Source: Klebsormidium nitens | Lineage: Eukaryota; Plantae; Klebsormidiophyceae | Reading direction: 5' to 3' | DNA length: 64,000 nucleotides | NCBI GenBank assembly: GCA_000708835.1 | Contig: DF237025.1 | Coordinates: forward strand, 1-64,000 | Shown: in pieces, positions 48,601 through 59,409 of the stretch | Layout: the number at the start of each line of letters is the position of its first letter | How positions within the stretch are numbered: position 1 is the stretch's first letter | Program-made: the position numbers and the translations under genes | Notes under the pieces: model-generated | Databases searched by the model: none | Told to the model about the DNA's origin: nothing | Seen by the model: the letters and a program-made list of their open reading frames with translations, nothing else

Positions 48601-51524
48601 GCAGGATTTAAATCAATTGAATGGTCCTGTGCAGATGATGAAGGAGCCGCTGCTGTTCGTGAACCAGACGTACTGCCAGAGTGACGTGTGGACCGAGTAC
48701 CAGCAGCTGAGCACCGACAAGATGCAGGCAAGCGCTTGAGCCCACTCAACTGAATCTTTGTGTTTCCTGAACCGAAGACACTGAAGTGAAAGGTACCTTC
48801 GTAATGGTCGACGGAAGGATTGTTGGTGGAAACTTGGTCCTTGCAGAACACCCCTCTGTTGCCAGGGGCCAGTCGACTTTGTCTTCCGTGATCGGTGGGT
48901 TGTAAGAAGGACGATTGGACAAGCGAGATCAAAGTAAGAACGAGGTAGCTCGTAGTCCAAGGCCGGGTTCTTCGTCGGTTGGTCAGTCCAGCATCGATGA
49001 AGATACTACCGTTTCGTCAAAGCTTTCTTTGCTTTGTGCCCCCCTAAAAGATTGCGTTGGACGACTTGGATGGACATTTGTAAAGCCTCTTCATGAAAAA
49101 CACGCATACAATCGTCGAACTCTTTTTCGCTATGCAAAGCCGGAAGGAGCTTGCGCGGTGCAGCGTGTTCGTCTATGTATGCACCTTGCTTGCGGCGACC
49201 AGGATCGATCATCCCAGACTTTAGATTGAGCAAGCACACGACACCATTGCCAGACTCTGCTTTGCGTGCCTACAGGATCTTGTGCGCTCGCAGTGTGTAC
49301 AACATTATGCATCTCGTGCTTCGGGCTACCGGTACCGGAAATTTGAAATAGCTCAATAATGAATAGGGATACGACCTCGCTAAAGCAAAGGTTTAGCGTT
49401 TAGAAAAGCAAGGTTTTCAGGCTTTTAACTTTTTGTTCTGCGACCCACAGGAGATTGGGCGCCAGGGCTGTGCAACGTTATGCTCGTGTCTGAGGCTATT
49501 GCGATTGACAACTCAGAAGCTCGACACTAATCGAGGATTCTGACTCCGTCGTCGGTTTTTTTGGGGGATTCCGGGGTTTTCAAGGCTTTAGAATTCTGAC
49601 TTTGCTCTGCGTGCCCACAGGAGATTGCACGCCGCGGCGTGTACAACATCGAGCAAGCGCTGGACATGCTGCGCGAGATCGCGCCCAGTTTGATGAAGCG
49701 TGCGGACGAGAACTGGGGCTTCGGCGTCGCGGACAACCCGTCGGCGCCCGAGTATGCGGACAACCCCAAGTACTGGAGCAACCCGCTGGAGACCACGTGA
49801 GAGGACGAATTTGTTGCACTCTTTGGCTAGCATTTTTTCTGGCTTCAATGTAGCGAAGCTTCGTTCAGAACAGGGTACATCGTGCTGCATTTGGGTAGCG
49901 AGTCGTGTTTGATTTGATAGACAGCAGAGCGAATTAGCAGCTTGACGAAAATGGGTCAGTCCTGTCTGGTCAGAGTTGCAACCGTTCAGCAGACTGCCAT
50001 GAAAAGGCCGTAGTACACCTTTTGACTTTTCTATTACCGCATTATTGCATTCCGTGGATCATACCGCAGACCAAAAAGTGAACGTCAAAGAGCACCGATT
50101 ACGGATCCGGAGCGTGCCTGCTTGCCCTTCGTAACTTCGCTCGCAATCTCATTTAAATGTCAACTTATGTGACTCGGCCCCCCGGTCGTCATTACCTACC
50201 CACCACTCAATGGTGTGAATACCCCCTGCAGGCTGCCGTTCGCCCCGGACATGACCCTGTACTGCCTCCAGGGGGTGGGCATTCACACCGAGCGGTCGTA
50301 CATTATGAAACTGTCGGACCTGAACGAGAGCTGCGCGCTGCCGTTCCGGATCGACGGCACCGTCTCCGGCAAAAACGAGGGCTGCCTCAAGAGCGGCGCA
50401 CAGGTCAGTGCGTGGAGGCTGACTGACTGCGAATAGATAGTGCCGAGTTTGCGGGTTGCAATTAACTAAGGGTTTGGGTGCCGGATTTAGGTCGTTTTGG
50501 GGCTCCGAAATTTGTCAGGTTTTAACTTGTGGGTTAAAGAGAGTTTGGCTGCCTGAAAATGGCGCGTAAGTCTGCCTGTGAAGGCTGTTTGCAAGGTTCG
50601 GAGTACTTCAGTGCACGCGGGTTGGATGGACTACGGGACTCGGGTACCGAATCAGGCGGGTCGGAGGGCTTTAACTTTTGGATATGGTCGAGATTTCGAA
50701 TGGCGCACAGCTCAGTGCGTGGAGGCTTCGCTGCATCCTTTGAAGTATTTACGTATGCAAAATGTGTTGGCTTGAGGGTTTGAAGTTCTGGGCTGCGGCG
50801 TTCTGGAAGCTTTTGAAAGTGCCCCAAACTTTTTGATTCAGTCATTTTTGGGTTGTCTCAAGCCGTGCGGAAATGAATTCATGCAAATGCATGAGAGATT
50901 TGGTGGTCTGACTGACAATTGCTGCGCTTCAAAGATTTCTGGATGCTAACGTGGGCTTTCAAGCGCAGGTCAGATCTGCGCTGTTATTGGAGCTGAATGC
51001 GTTGTGATCTGTTGCGTGGACTATGTGCCTGCGCGTGAACGCGGTGCGTAAAGAATAGAACAGCAGCCCTTAGGACCATCGGAAACGCAATGCTGATTGG
51101 AACTCTCCCCTCGATACAAACTCAAACAGAGATGCAGCCGCTGACGTCATTTTGCTTGTTCCAGTTTTCGGACGGTGACATCACGATCAACTTGGTGAGC
51201 GCGGGCTACATGGCGGCGAAGGGCTGGAAGGGGCGCACCAAGTACAATCCCGGGGGGGTCAAGGCAGTCATGCGTGAGTATAAGCACGTGGCCCCCGCAA
51301 ACTTTCTGGAGGGCCGGGGGACGCAGAGCGGGAACCACGTGGACGTCATGGGTAATTATGCAATGATTGAGGACATTTTGCGGATTGCCGCGGGCCAGAC
51401 GGCGGAGCAACTAGGAGGGGATCGGTATTACTCTAAGCTGCCGGAGTGGGCGGAGAGAGTGAAGATTGATGTCAAGTTGAAGCAGACGAGTTCATTTGCG
51501 CAGAAGCTGGGGATAAAGTCCTGA
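42679..51524 (+). CDS. PDAT1: Phospholipid:diacylglycerol acyltransferase (LCAT family), ~10 exons, one GC-AG intron
   Basis: MAPTTELRQRK, TM segment after WGCYDAFCWMIG, KHPLVFMPGVVTGGLELWEG, CWMDHLILDNETGLDPP, YDWRLS, catalytic VVLVPHSMG, LPFAPDMTLYCLQGVG, SDGDITI, GTQSGNHVDVMGN. Confidence 0.95.
44468..45108 (+). repeat. Tandem ~145-160 bp copies of exon end plus donor plus intron start in a PDAT intron
   Basis: Donor GT at 44522 (live), 44682, 44826 and 44983, plus a faint copy at ~45062-45108. Copy 2 matches 55/60 nt over the exon-end part. Confidence 0.92.
46934..47505 (+). repeat. Four upstream copies of an acceptor plus exon start (AMAPFIDSGAWG) in a PDAT intron
   Basis: Live start 47464; copies at 47325 (38/41 nt), 47161, 47054 and 46934. 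Confidence 0.92.
47787..48010 (+). repeat. Degenerate hexamer (ggyttt/ggctct-like) low-complexity tract in a PDAT intron
   Basis: gggtttgggcgtgggtttagatccgattttgggtttggatttgattttggctttggctttggctctggttctg...; 6-nt periodicity. Confidence 0.75.
49251..49660 (+). repeat. Two upstream copies (~170-175 bp period) of an acceptor plus exon start in a PDAT intron
   Basis: Live ctctgcgtgcccacag|gagattgcacgccgc at 49621. Copies ttctgcgacccacag|gagattgggcgcc at 49451 and tttgcgtgcctacag|gatcttgtgcgc at 49276. Confidence 0.85.
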
Positions 51525-52665
51525 CATTATTGCTAGGAAGGTTAGGATTGGGTTTTGTTTGCCAGCCGGTTGCTGAGATATGACAGTCACCTTAAACATT
51601 TGCCTAGGAGTCTAATAAATATTGATGGTCCTGATATGAGTGGTTGAATTTAAACTGGTGCGCTGCAGCGGCATGTATAGATTACTGCGACGCGATCTGC
51701 CTCAATCTGGAGCTAGGCGCAGCATGTTGCTAGCGGGCGCGATTGTGTGCATGAGCTGGCACATGCCCTATGTAGGAGAATTGAGGGTGGCACGGGAAAC
51801 AAAATCGGATATGCATGTCCCTCTAAGGCCCTCGCCGGGTGCAGTGATGTATAAATGCCATGGAGGCGATTGCTTGGTCTGATGAAGCGTACGTTCCGCA
51901 GTAGTGACCTTCCCGTGCCATGGCAGTTCCTTTAGGCTGGTAGTTTTATAGCGCCTCGATCGATCGAAAGACATTTACACATACGGGAACTTTGTCGATC
52001 GGCAAGGCGGCACGGTCGCAAGACCGCGGGTTCCCTAAGTAGAGCTCAGTGCATGCAGCCGTTCACAAGATTGATGCACCTAGAAACACGAGCTGCAGCT
52101 AGTGTACAGACATGTGCAAAATCATTCAGATTAACTTGGCGGCCGTCTTGACAACACATTCTCACCAATAAACCACGGTTACAATGTTCTCTAATGGAAA
52201 CTTAGCTTCCTCAACTAGTCAAAGCTCTCAATCGCGTCAAAATTGTTTGCCGGCGCACTATACTTGGGGACGTATGTACGGGCCTGTTTCCGACCAGCTC
52301 GTTTTACGTCCTCTACAATCATTGCACAGCCCTTGGTATCTACAACCTACATTTCAGTGCGGGGGCTAGTTGATCTTTGTGACGGTTATCCAGCAGGCCG
52401 TCTACCGTAGACTAGTAGTATGTACTATGATTTCGGAAACCTCTACTGTGCTTGAGTGATGGATGGCGTTTTATGTGTTCTCAACGTATAGCACTCCAAA
52501 GATATCGTACACTCACAGCATGCGGTGAAAGATGCAGAACAGGCTATATTCTGTCTAAAGTACGGCTTCGCATGCTGAGACGTCCCGCTTACTTATTCTA
52601 GAAACCTTGCTAGGGCGACCCAGACCCTTTTGTAAAAGCACTCAGCAAACAACAGATGGCTGTGA

Positions 52666-54177
52666 CTAAATTTGCGCCTCAGCGCATGCGACCAGGTCAA
52701 AGCTGTTGATCTCATCAAACTGGGCGTCAGGATCGTCCCCGAAGTGCGCCACGCCCCGAGCACCGTAATACCGCCCGATCCCACCCGTGATGATGTTCGG
52801 GTAGTTTATTTTCTGGTCATCGTAAACCGGACCTTGCGTGGCAATCATGCTCTTGTCATTGAAGACAAAGGTTTGGTAGCACTCAAATTCGGGTTTGTGG
52901 TCAGATCCGGCGCCCGCGAGAACTGTCCGGATGCAGTGGCCTTGGACGTATCCGACCACCGTCGTGCGGTCCTCGTAATCGTACAGATTGTTGTTGAAGA
53001 CCTGAGAGAGAAGAAGAGCCAGACGTTTTCAGATTCAAACCATGCGTCACCTCTGATTGTCGTTACATTTGATGGTTGTAAGGCAAGAGCTCTTACGGTC
53101 ACTCTGTTTGGCTCGCTCTGTCAAATGATCATGAGGTCACTGTAAAGCTCCTAAAGCTCGTCTAGCACGATCTCTGGCAGAAAATGTTTCACCAAAGAAC
53201 CAGGATCGTCTAGGCTTTGTTTGAAGTCAGATTGACAAAGCTTGTCGCAAGACCCTCATGATCCAATTGGCTGTGGCGCTGGCAAGTCAAGGAAACATCT
53301 CAGTTTACACAGAGCTGTCAAGCTGACTCATCTGAACCCACTCGTTAGAGCATGTCCAGAGTGCATCAAGATATGTGTAACTTTCTCCATCCCCTGACAA
53401 ACAGTGATTATATTGGCGGCCTTTCTATGCAGAAATAGTTCAAGAGCTGTTAATTGTTTTATAGGAACAGATTGGAGATTCACCGGAGTACTGATGGGGA
53501 CACAGACAATGGCTGACAATCTGAGACAAAGGGGCCCCTCTTACAGCCTTTCTCCACATTGAGGACATCGAACCAGGTGGCCTCTGGGCTGGCTTCAACA
53601 CCCTCTGAAGGAGCTTCAGAGCAGGACCAATCAAAGCAACAATCTTCAGCATTAGCGTAATTGGAGAAGAATCAACTCTCACAAATAACCATCGCCCAGC
53701 AAAGCTCTCACTGCCTCCAATCCTTGGGACATCAGAGCAAGCTTTCAGTGGGTTGGCGTCAGAGGTTCCAAAAAGGGGGAAGCTGAGTCCCGGCATTGTA
53801 CCCCTTTTCTTGCTTCCTTTTCTTTTCTTGTCTCCAAATGCAACCGGGAATCCGAGCTTGAGCTGTACCAGACCATCAATATCAACCACCAACTCAGAGT
53901 CATTGTTGACAATCAACATCTCAGACGCAAACAAGACGCAATCCCGTAGAGAAGAGTGACGTGCCAGCTCATCTCCGACAGCTTCCTCCCCCGACGGCAT
54001 CACGTGGATCCCCGGGTCAGGGAAGGCGCTGTGACGGGGCCCCGGGCCGGGCTTGGAGAAGTTGGTCCACACATGGAAGGAGTGCGACTCGCACACCCAC
54101 GGAAGCTTGTTGGCGGCCGCTGACGTCAGCAGCAGCAGCAATGAGCTGACTAGGACTGCAAGGAGAATGCGGGCCAT
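52666..54177 (-). CDS. Secreted dirigent / allene-oxide-cyclase-barrel-like protein; 2 exons (54177-53965, 53001-52666) joined by a putative GC-AG intron; 3' end uncertain
   Basis: Signal peptide MARILLAVLVSSLLLLLTSAAA. Splicing ctg|gcacgt to ctctcag|gtc gives GDEL|VFNNNLYD...VGYVQGHCIRT...ECYQTFVF...IATQGP...IITGGIGRYYGARG, the dirigent/AOC-like pattern. Confidence 0.65.
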
Positions 54178-54515
54178 GATGATGACTGGGCCGCTATGCT
54201 TCAGATGCTTGGCCCCTGAGAAAGACTCTCAAAAGGTAATTGCTTTGGGCTTTGCTAGTGAGAAGCTTCAAGAACTCAGTGGTGCATAGCGGAAACTCAC
54301 CGCCAGCTGGACGAGAGGGAAAATGCGGCTCTGGATTGAAAAGCAATTCAACGCTAGACCTGCATGCAGAGCTACAGCTACAAAGCACAATTGGCGCCCT
54401 TTTACTACCTAGCTTTCAATTGCATGGGGACCTGCAGCGCATCTGATCCCCGTGTGAGTAGTACTAGAAGCCCCCCATCAAGAATCTGCTCTCGTGTGCT
54501 GGCAACAGGTCATCT

Positions 54516-54535
54516 CCTACCTACCTACCTACCTA
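54516..54535 (+). repeat. (CCTA)5 microsatellite
   Basis: cctacctacctacctaccta. Confidence 0.85.
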
Positions 54536-55465
54536 TGCGTGACCCTCTCCTGCTAGCAAGCTTGGGCTGCGATAGATACCGTACACCGTGTCGCCCGGTC
54601 GCCGGGCCGGCAAATAAAACGCATAAGCTATGAGCAGGACGGGGATCCCCCGGCAGCGTCGGACCAACAGGTTACGAGACAGGGGGTTCAAGACAGGGAT
54701 GCGGTAGCCCCCCAAATGTTTTTCAACGAAAACGTAAACATGTGTGACCGTGATTGGAGTAAATACGCAATGATCGAGCCGAGAACCTGATTCCTAAATC
54801 CGAACACTGCAAGCCTGGGAAAGAATGGGACCAGAGGCTCTGTGATTATTATTAGGGTATCCTGCCGTAACCCAATTTAAGGTTCACGCAGAACGTACCG
54901 CTACGTATACTATACGTGCCAGACGGTTGCGATCTGAGATTAAGCGATGTCCTTATTAGTTCTGTTGCTAGGCATGCATAGCTGACGTCGATATATGTGG
55001 GCTACGATTGCTGCATAGCTAATGTCAATATGTGTGAACTAGCTAAATTCGATGAGTCCAATACTGGATCTCAGAGGTTGGATCTTCTGATTGTATGATA
55101 ATGCCGTAGCAAAGTTCGTCTTCTTTAAAGCGCCTGCATGAGAACCGGGCATGACATGCTCGAACACCCAGAGAGTATAATGTAGCGCAAATCGTCAAAG
55201 CTGGCATGAGAACCGTGACATGCTTAAACACCCGTTCATCTCTGCATGCTGTTCACTTCGATTCACGAGCCTTGACTACACGTGTCAGGTTGCTCTTTTA
55301 GTCCAAACAGTTCCGGTAAGCTCGTAAGTGAATCAAAGCAGAAACAAACCGTGCCTGTCTCTCATGACGATGTTATAGTGCGCAGTTAGGCTATCACTAC
55401 TGCAAGCCTTGCAACTTCACATCGCCCAATAAATTACGGATTCTCCTATACTTATGACTCCTGAG

Positions 55466-58400
55466 CTATTTCGATTCTGCAATGCCAGCAAAGTGCAAAC
55501 AAAGCCTTTGATCTCGTCGGTCTCCCCAGCCCCCATAGCCTGTGTAATTGCACGGTGTAAAATCCTGCTGTCTAATCTCAATGCCCCAATCTGGGGACGG
55601 TGGTGGGCGGTCCATCTGCTCTAAAGCGAACGTAATCTTCTCGCTTTCTAAGGCACAGGCTTCGGAGTCCACATTAAGGCCCCGGTTCTCGTGCAGCCCG
55701 CACCTGCCCGCATGGATTACACTCGCGCCTGCACAAGCATCGGCCGTTTTCAGCTCAAATGGTGTTCAGGAATGAAAAGCTAAGGCGACAAGACGGGTTG
55801 AGGTTCCTGAAGTGACGAGGGGGGTGCGGGCACAACCGCAATAAATGTCGAGACCAGACTAGCGGTAACTAGTTGCGGTCTTAGGGAGCACGCAGAGATT
55901 GTCACTCGCAATCTGGCAGTATCGAGAGCGCAGGTATTCGCCACGACTTCCCCTAAGATCAGCTTGGCACGAAGTCTAGCGACTCCGTCCCTTAACCCCC
56001 AGCTGAAACGGTACGAGTGATCAACGTGAACGAAAAAGGTGTTCATACAAGAGGAGGACAAGTTCGATGCAGCAGGGCTACGGCTTACATATTCACTCCA
56101 CTGGAAAGAAGCCTCTCCCTACAGGCTTCCCCCTCTCACCTGCCGCGTGCAGGCTCAGCGTCCCCGGCGCCCAACTCGCCATCACCGCACATTCAAGCGT
56201 CCAGTCCCACCCATAGTCATCAAACCCACAGAACTTGCGGGCTTGCGCCTTTATCCTCCGCCAAACCGTGCGGTTAAATGCGTAACCCATATTCGACATC
56301 CGGTCAGCGACGAAGTGCTCTCCGCCTAGCACGCCCGGCGAATGGGCCCGGTGGCCGGTGCTCAGGCTGACTGCGACGCAGTCCGGGCAGCGCGCGTTCT
56401 TCACGGCAATCAGGACCTGATCGGAACGGAACCAGAACGGAATCAGCACCAGGACAGAACGGAAATGTGGACGGATGCAGATGAAAACAGCGAGCGTGAT
56501 CTCCAAGGCGACGAGGAGGTGGGGGGTTCAGAATTTAACCGTGTGAGGGGAAGAAGTACTGAGACACTGAGCGGACGGAACCGTAAGGGACATGAAGGGA
56601 GCGGGAAAAATGGAAAATGAATGATGCGATTAGAGAAATGGAAGCCAGGAACCGAGCGGGAGCGAGCGGGCAGAAAGTCTGGGCAATGATTACGCTTCAA
56701 GTCGATAAAAACCACAATCAGAAGATTGAAATCGTTTGGAGGGAGGGGGGCCTATAGGGGCGGACACCAGGGTTGGAACTTCGAAACGGAGCTGGACCAG
56801 AACAAAGTCACTTAGAATCTTAGAAAGGGGGAGAAAAGTAACTGGAGGCATATAGGCAACAAGACCAGTGCTTCTCTCGCTGGAAAGGAATTCAAAATTC
56901 ACCAGAATGCAGCCGCAACAAAGCTGAATGAACTGAACGGACGACTTTGATGAACGGGTCGAGTGACAGGAATGAACGGAACAATGAGATGAATGGGAGA
57001 CTTGGGCACGAAACAACGGAACGAAATAGTCTGAGCTCACAAGCCCGGAGCTTTGCAACGGTAATCAGATGTGGAAGTCAAGATCAAAATGCAGAAAAGT
57101 TGCGGGACCAAGCGGAAAGTAAGGACGAATACGGAATGAAGAGTCCGTGATTGACAATCATCAACAAGTGATTCGTTGATGAATCAGGAACCGTGGATGA
57201 AACGAAAAGGCGAAGGGAAGAAAAGCGGATGGCAGCAGAGGAAAGGAGCGGAAGGTCTAGGAGGGAATGCGGTCCGAGCACAGTCGGACCTGAGCGGAAG
57301 AACGGAATCAAGGCGGAATGCCGGACGAGTGCGTACACGTGCAGGAGAGCGGCCCCTTACCTGGAGTGTACGATAAGCGTTGGGAACCACTAAGTGGTCC
57401 TCTTCAAGGAAACATATGTGGCCGTCAAAGTTTTGGAACTCCTCCATCTCGTCCCACACTTGGTTCATCAACCAGAACCAGTGGTGCTGCGGAATAGGAA
57501 TGAAAGCTTTCAGTAAGCGAAGGAAAGAATAGCAGAGTCCGAATTTGCTCTAATATATCAGGTCAGACGACCTGACGCGATCCCGAATGCTTGTAAGCGA
57601 CTTCGGGATTCGCCACGAAAGAACGACAGAGTGTTCCTGGTGCATCTTAGGGTGTGCATCGAAAGAGAGACGGCTTTTCGAAGCTGGTAACTGGAGAGAT
57701 TCGGTCTCACTTCGACTACTTGTAGGCAGATGCTCTATCCTCAACAACATTCACAATTCAACAGTTTACCTCTTACGACACACAATTTCAATGACCAGTT
57801 TTTCAGAGTCACTTTCAAGGCGAGCTAGCCCTCCCTGCCTAGTACGCATCCAAAAGACGCATCCAAAGATAAGTATCAGCCGACGTGGCAGATCCTGATT
57901 AGGCCAGTCAATTCTCACTGAACGACACGATTAATGCAGATCTTGATTGGGTCAGTCAATGCGCGCTGAACAACAGAATCAACGCTTTGCTCTACTGTAA
58001 GAGGCATCAACGACCGAAGAGGGTTTATGCCTCACTTTCAGGCCCACGAAGAAGGGGTTTCGAAAGTTGTCGTACTGGTCTGAATCCCCCGTGCAACCAT
58101 CTGGCGCTGGTGTTATTGGAGATGGGGTTCCGGGGCAATCATCGGGGGAGCGGCTGGGAAAGCTGTTTTTTGAAGTTGTGCGGTGAGAACGGAGCAAAGA
58201 TCTGGGGAAGAACGGGCGTTTGCTGAAGTAAAGATCGCAAACTTATGAGCCATGTCAAGCATTGAGCAACAGATTATAGTTTGAGGATAGAGCGAATCAA
58301 GGTCTGTTGCTAAGACTCTTGATACATCTGCTGATATGCTTACACAGCACCCACATTGGTCAATTGGTCCCACAACAGTTGTTGCTAAGGCGTTCAAAGA

Positions 58401-59409
58401 ACGTTGCAGCATGAGCTGTCCACAGTAAGTCAGCCTCTGACATAGAATCATGGCAACCCAGGCTGTGAGATTGACTCAAGTGGTGGCAAACCAACGAAGC
58501 GTTCCAGTGGATCACTGATCAGACTGTCCAGCGTACACTGGGGCAACAATTCAGCTGAAAAAGTAAGGCGAATCCCGCGGTTGAAGCTCTTGCTCCAACG
58601 AGGAAACGAAGGATCTGGACCTCTTCCTTTTCAGTTGGTAGATTCCTGACAGAACTACTTTTATCATCATTAACAGCAAGCCAGTTGATGCTTCTGAACC
58701 TACTCCAGGAAAGAAGCAGTAAAACTTACCTGCTTAATCCTCATGAAGGTGAACTCACGAACCACCGCCACCACTTCTGGAAAGTATCCGTCATGGCTCA
58801 CAATCAGAAGACTCTCCGCGATTCCGTCAACTCGCGACAGCCTGGTTAGCACTTCCCTTAAGTACGCCGGCCGGTTATGGACATAAACGACGATAGGTAC
58901 AGTTGTTGGCGTGATGCTTGCTCTGACAGTAGCGTTGCTGTTGCGCCAAAGGCCTCTTCTGTTGAAGTCCAACATCTGGCGTGAGAGTTTGTTGGAGGGA
59001 GGCCATCCTTGGCCTGGTGACGGGGGCGAGAAATCATCTGGATTGGGGGGGGGAGTCGTGTCACTACTGGGGTAATCTGGATCATCTAGAGAGACGTTCT
59101 GAAATTCAGAGTGAGAATACACACTGGTGAGAAGTGCTTCTGTACTACTTGCATCATCTGGAAGGGCGCCTTTGAAACTTACTTCTTTAAGAGTGCTAAT
59201 TCCTAGTAACTCATCAGATCTGGGCTTGACACAGGAGCCCCCCAACTTGACTGGAACCATCCTATGCCAGGACTAGCTGGCCCTTGGACCGCGCCAAGGT
59301 TTGCCAGAATCATGAGGGTGGCGACAGCAATTGCTGGAAGCACCCAGCGCTTCTGGCCCCACTTCCTTGAAGCATTGGCGTCGATTTGCTCCTGGTTTTC
59401 CACATCCAT
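55466..59409 (-). CDS. MGAT2: Alpha-1,6-mannosyl-glycoprotein 2-beta-N-acetylglucosaminyltransferase (GnTII/MGAT2, GT16); two apparent frameshifts at homopolymers
   Basis: Type II TM anchor WVLPAIAVATLMILANLG; IVVYVHNRPAYL; LLIVSHDGYF; IFAPFSPH..SFP..DDC; LK|HHWFWLMNQVWD; CFLEEDH; FDDYGWDWT; GYGGWGDRRDQRLC. Frame breaks at 59238-59243 and 58166-58171. Confidence 0.85.
56413..57310 (-). repeat. GnTII intron filled with degenerate copies of its acceptor region (ttccgttccg...cag|gtcctg)
   Basis: Live gattccgttctggttccgttccgatcag|gtcctgatt at 56416. Clear copy gattccgttcttccgctcag|gtccgact at ~57286-57310; weaker ones near 56645, 57105 and 57185. Confidence 0.7.

Noticed and set aside
53440-53964. 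C-terminal 174 aa of the 245-aa ORF 53440-54177
   Set aside because: Better explained as read-through into an intron; the spliced form restores the dirigent/AOC-like motif.
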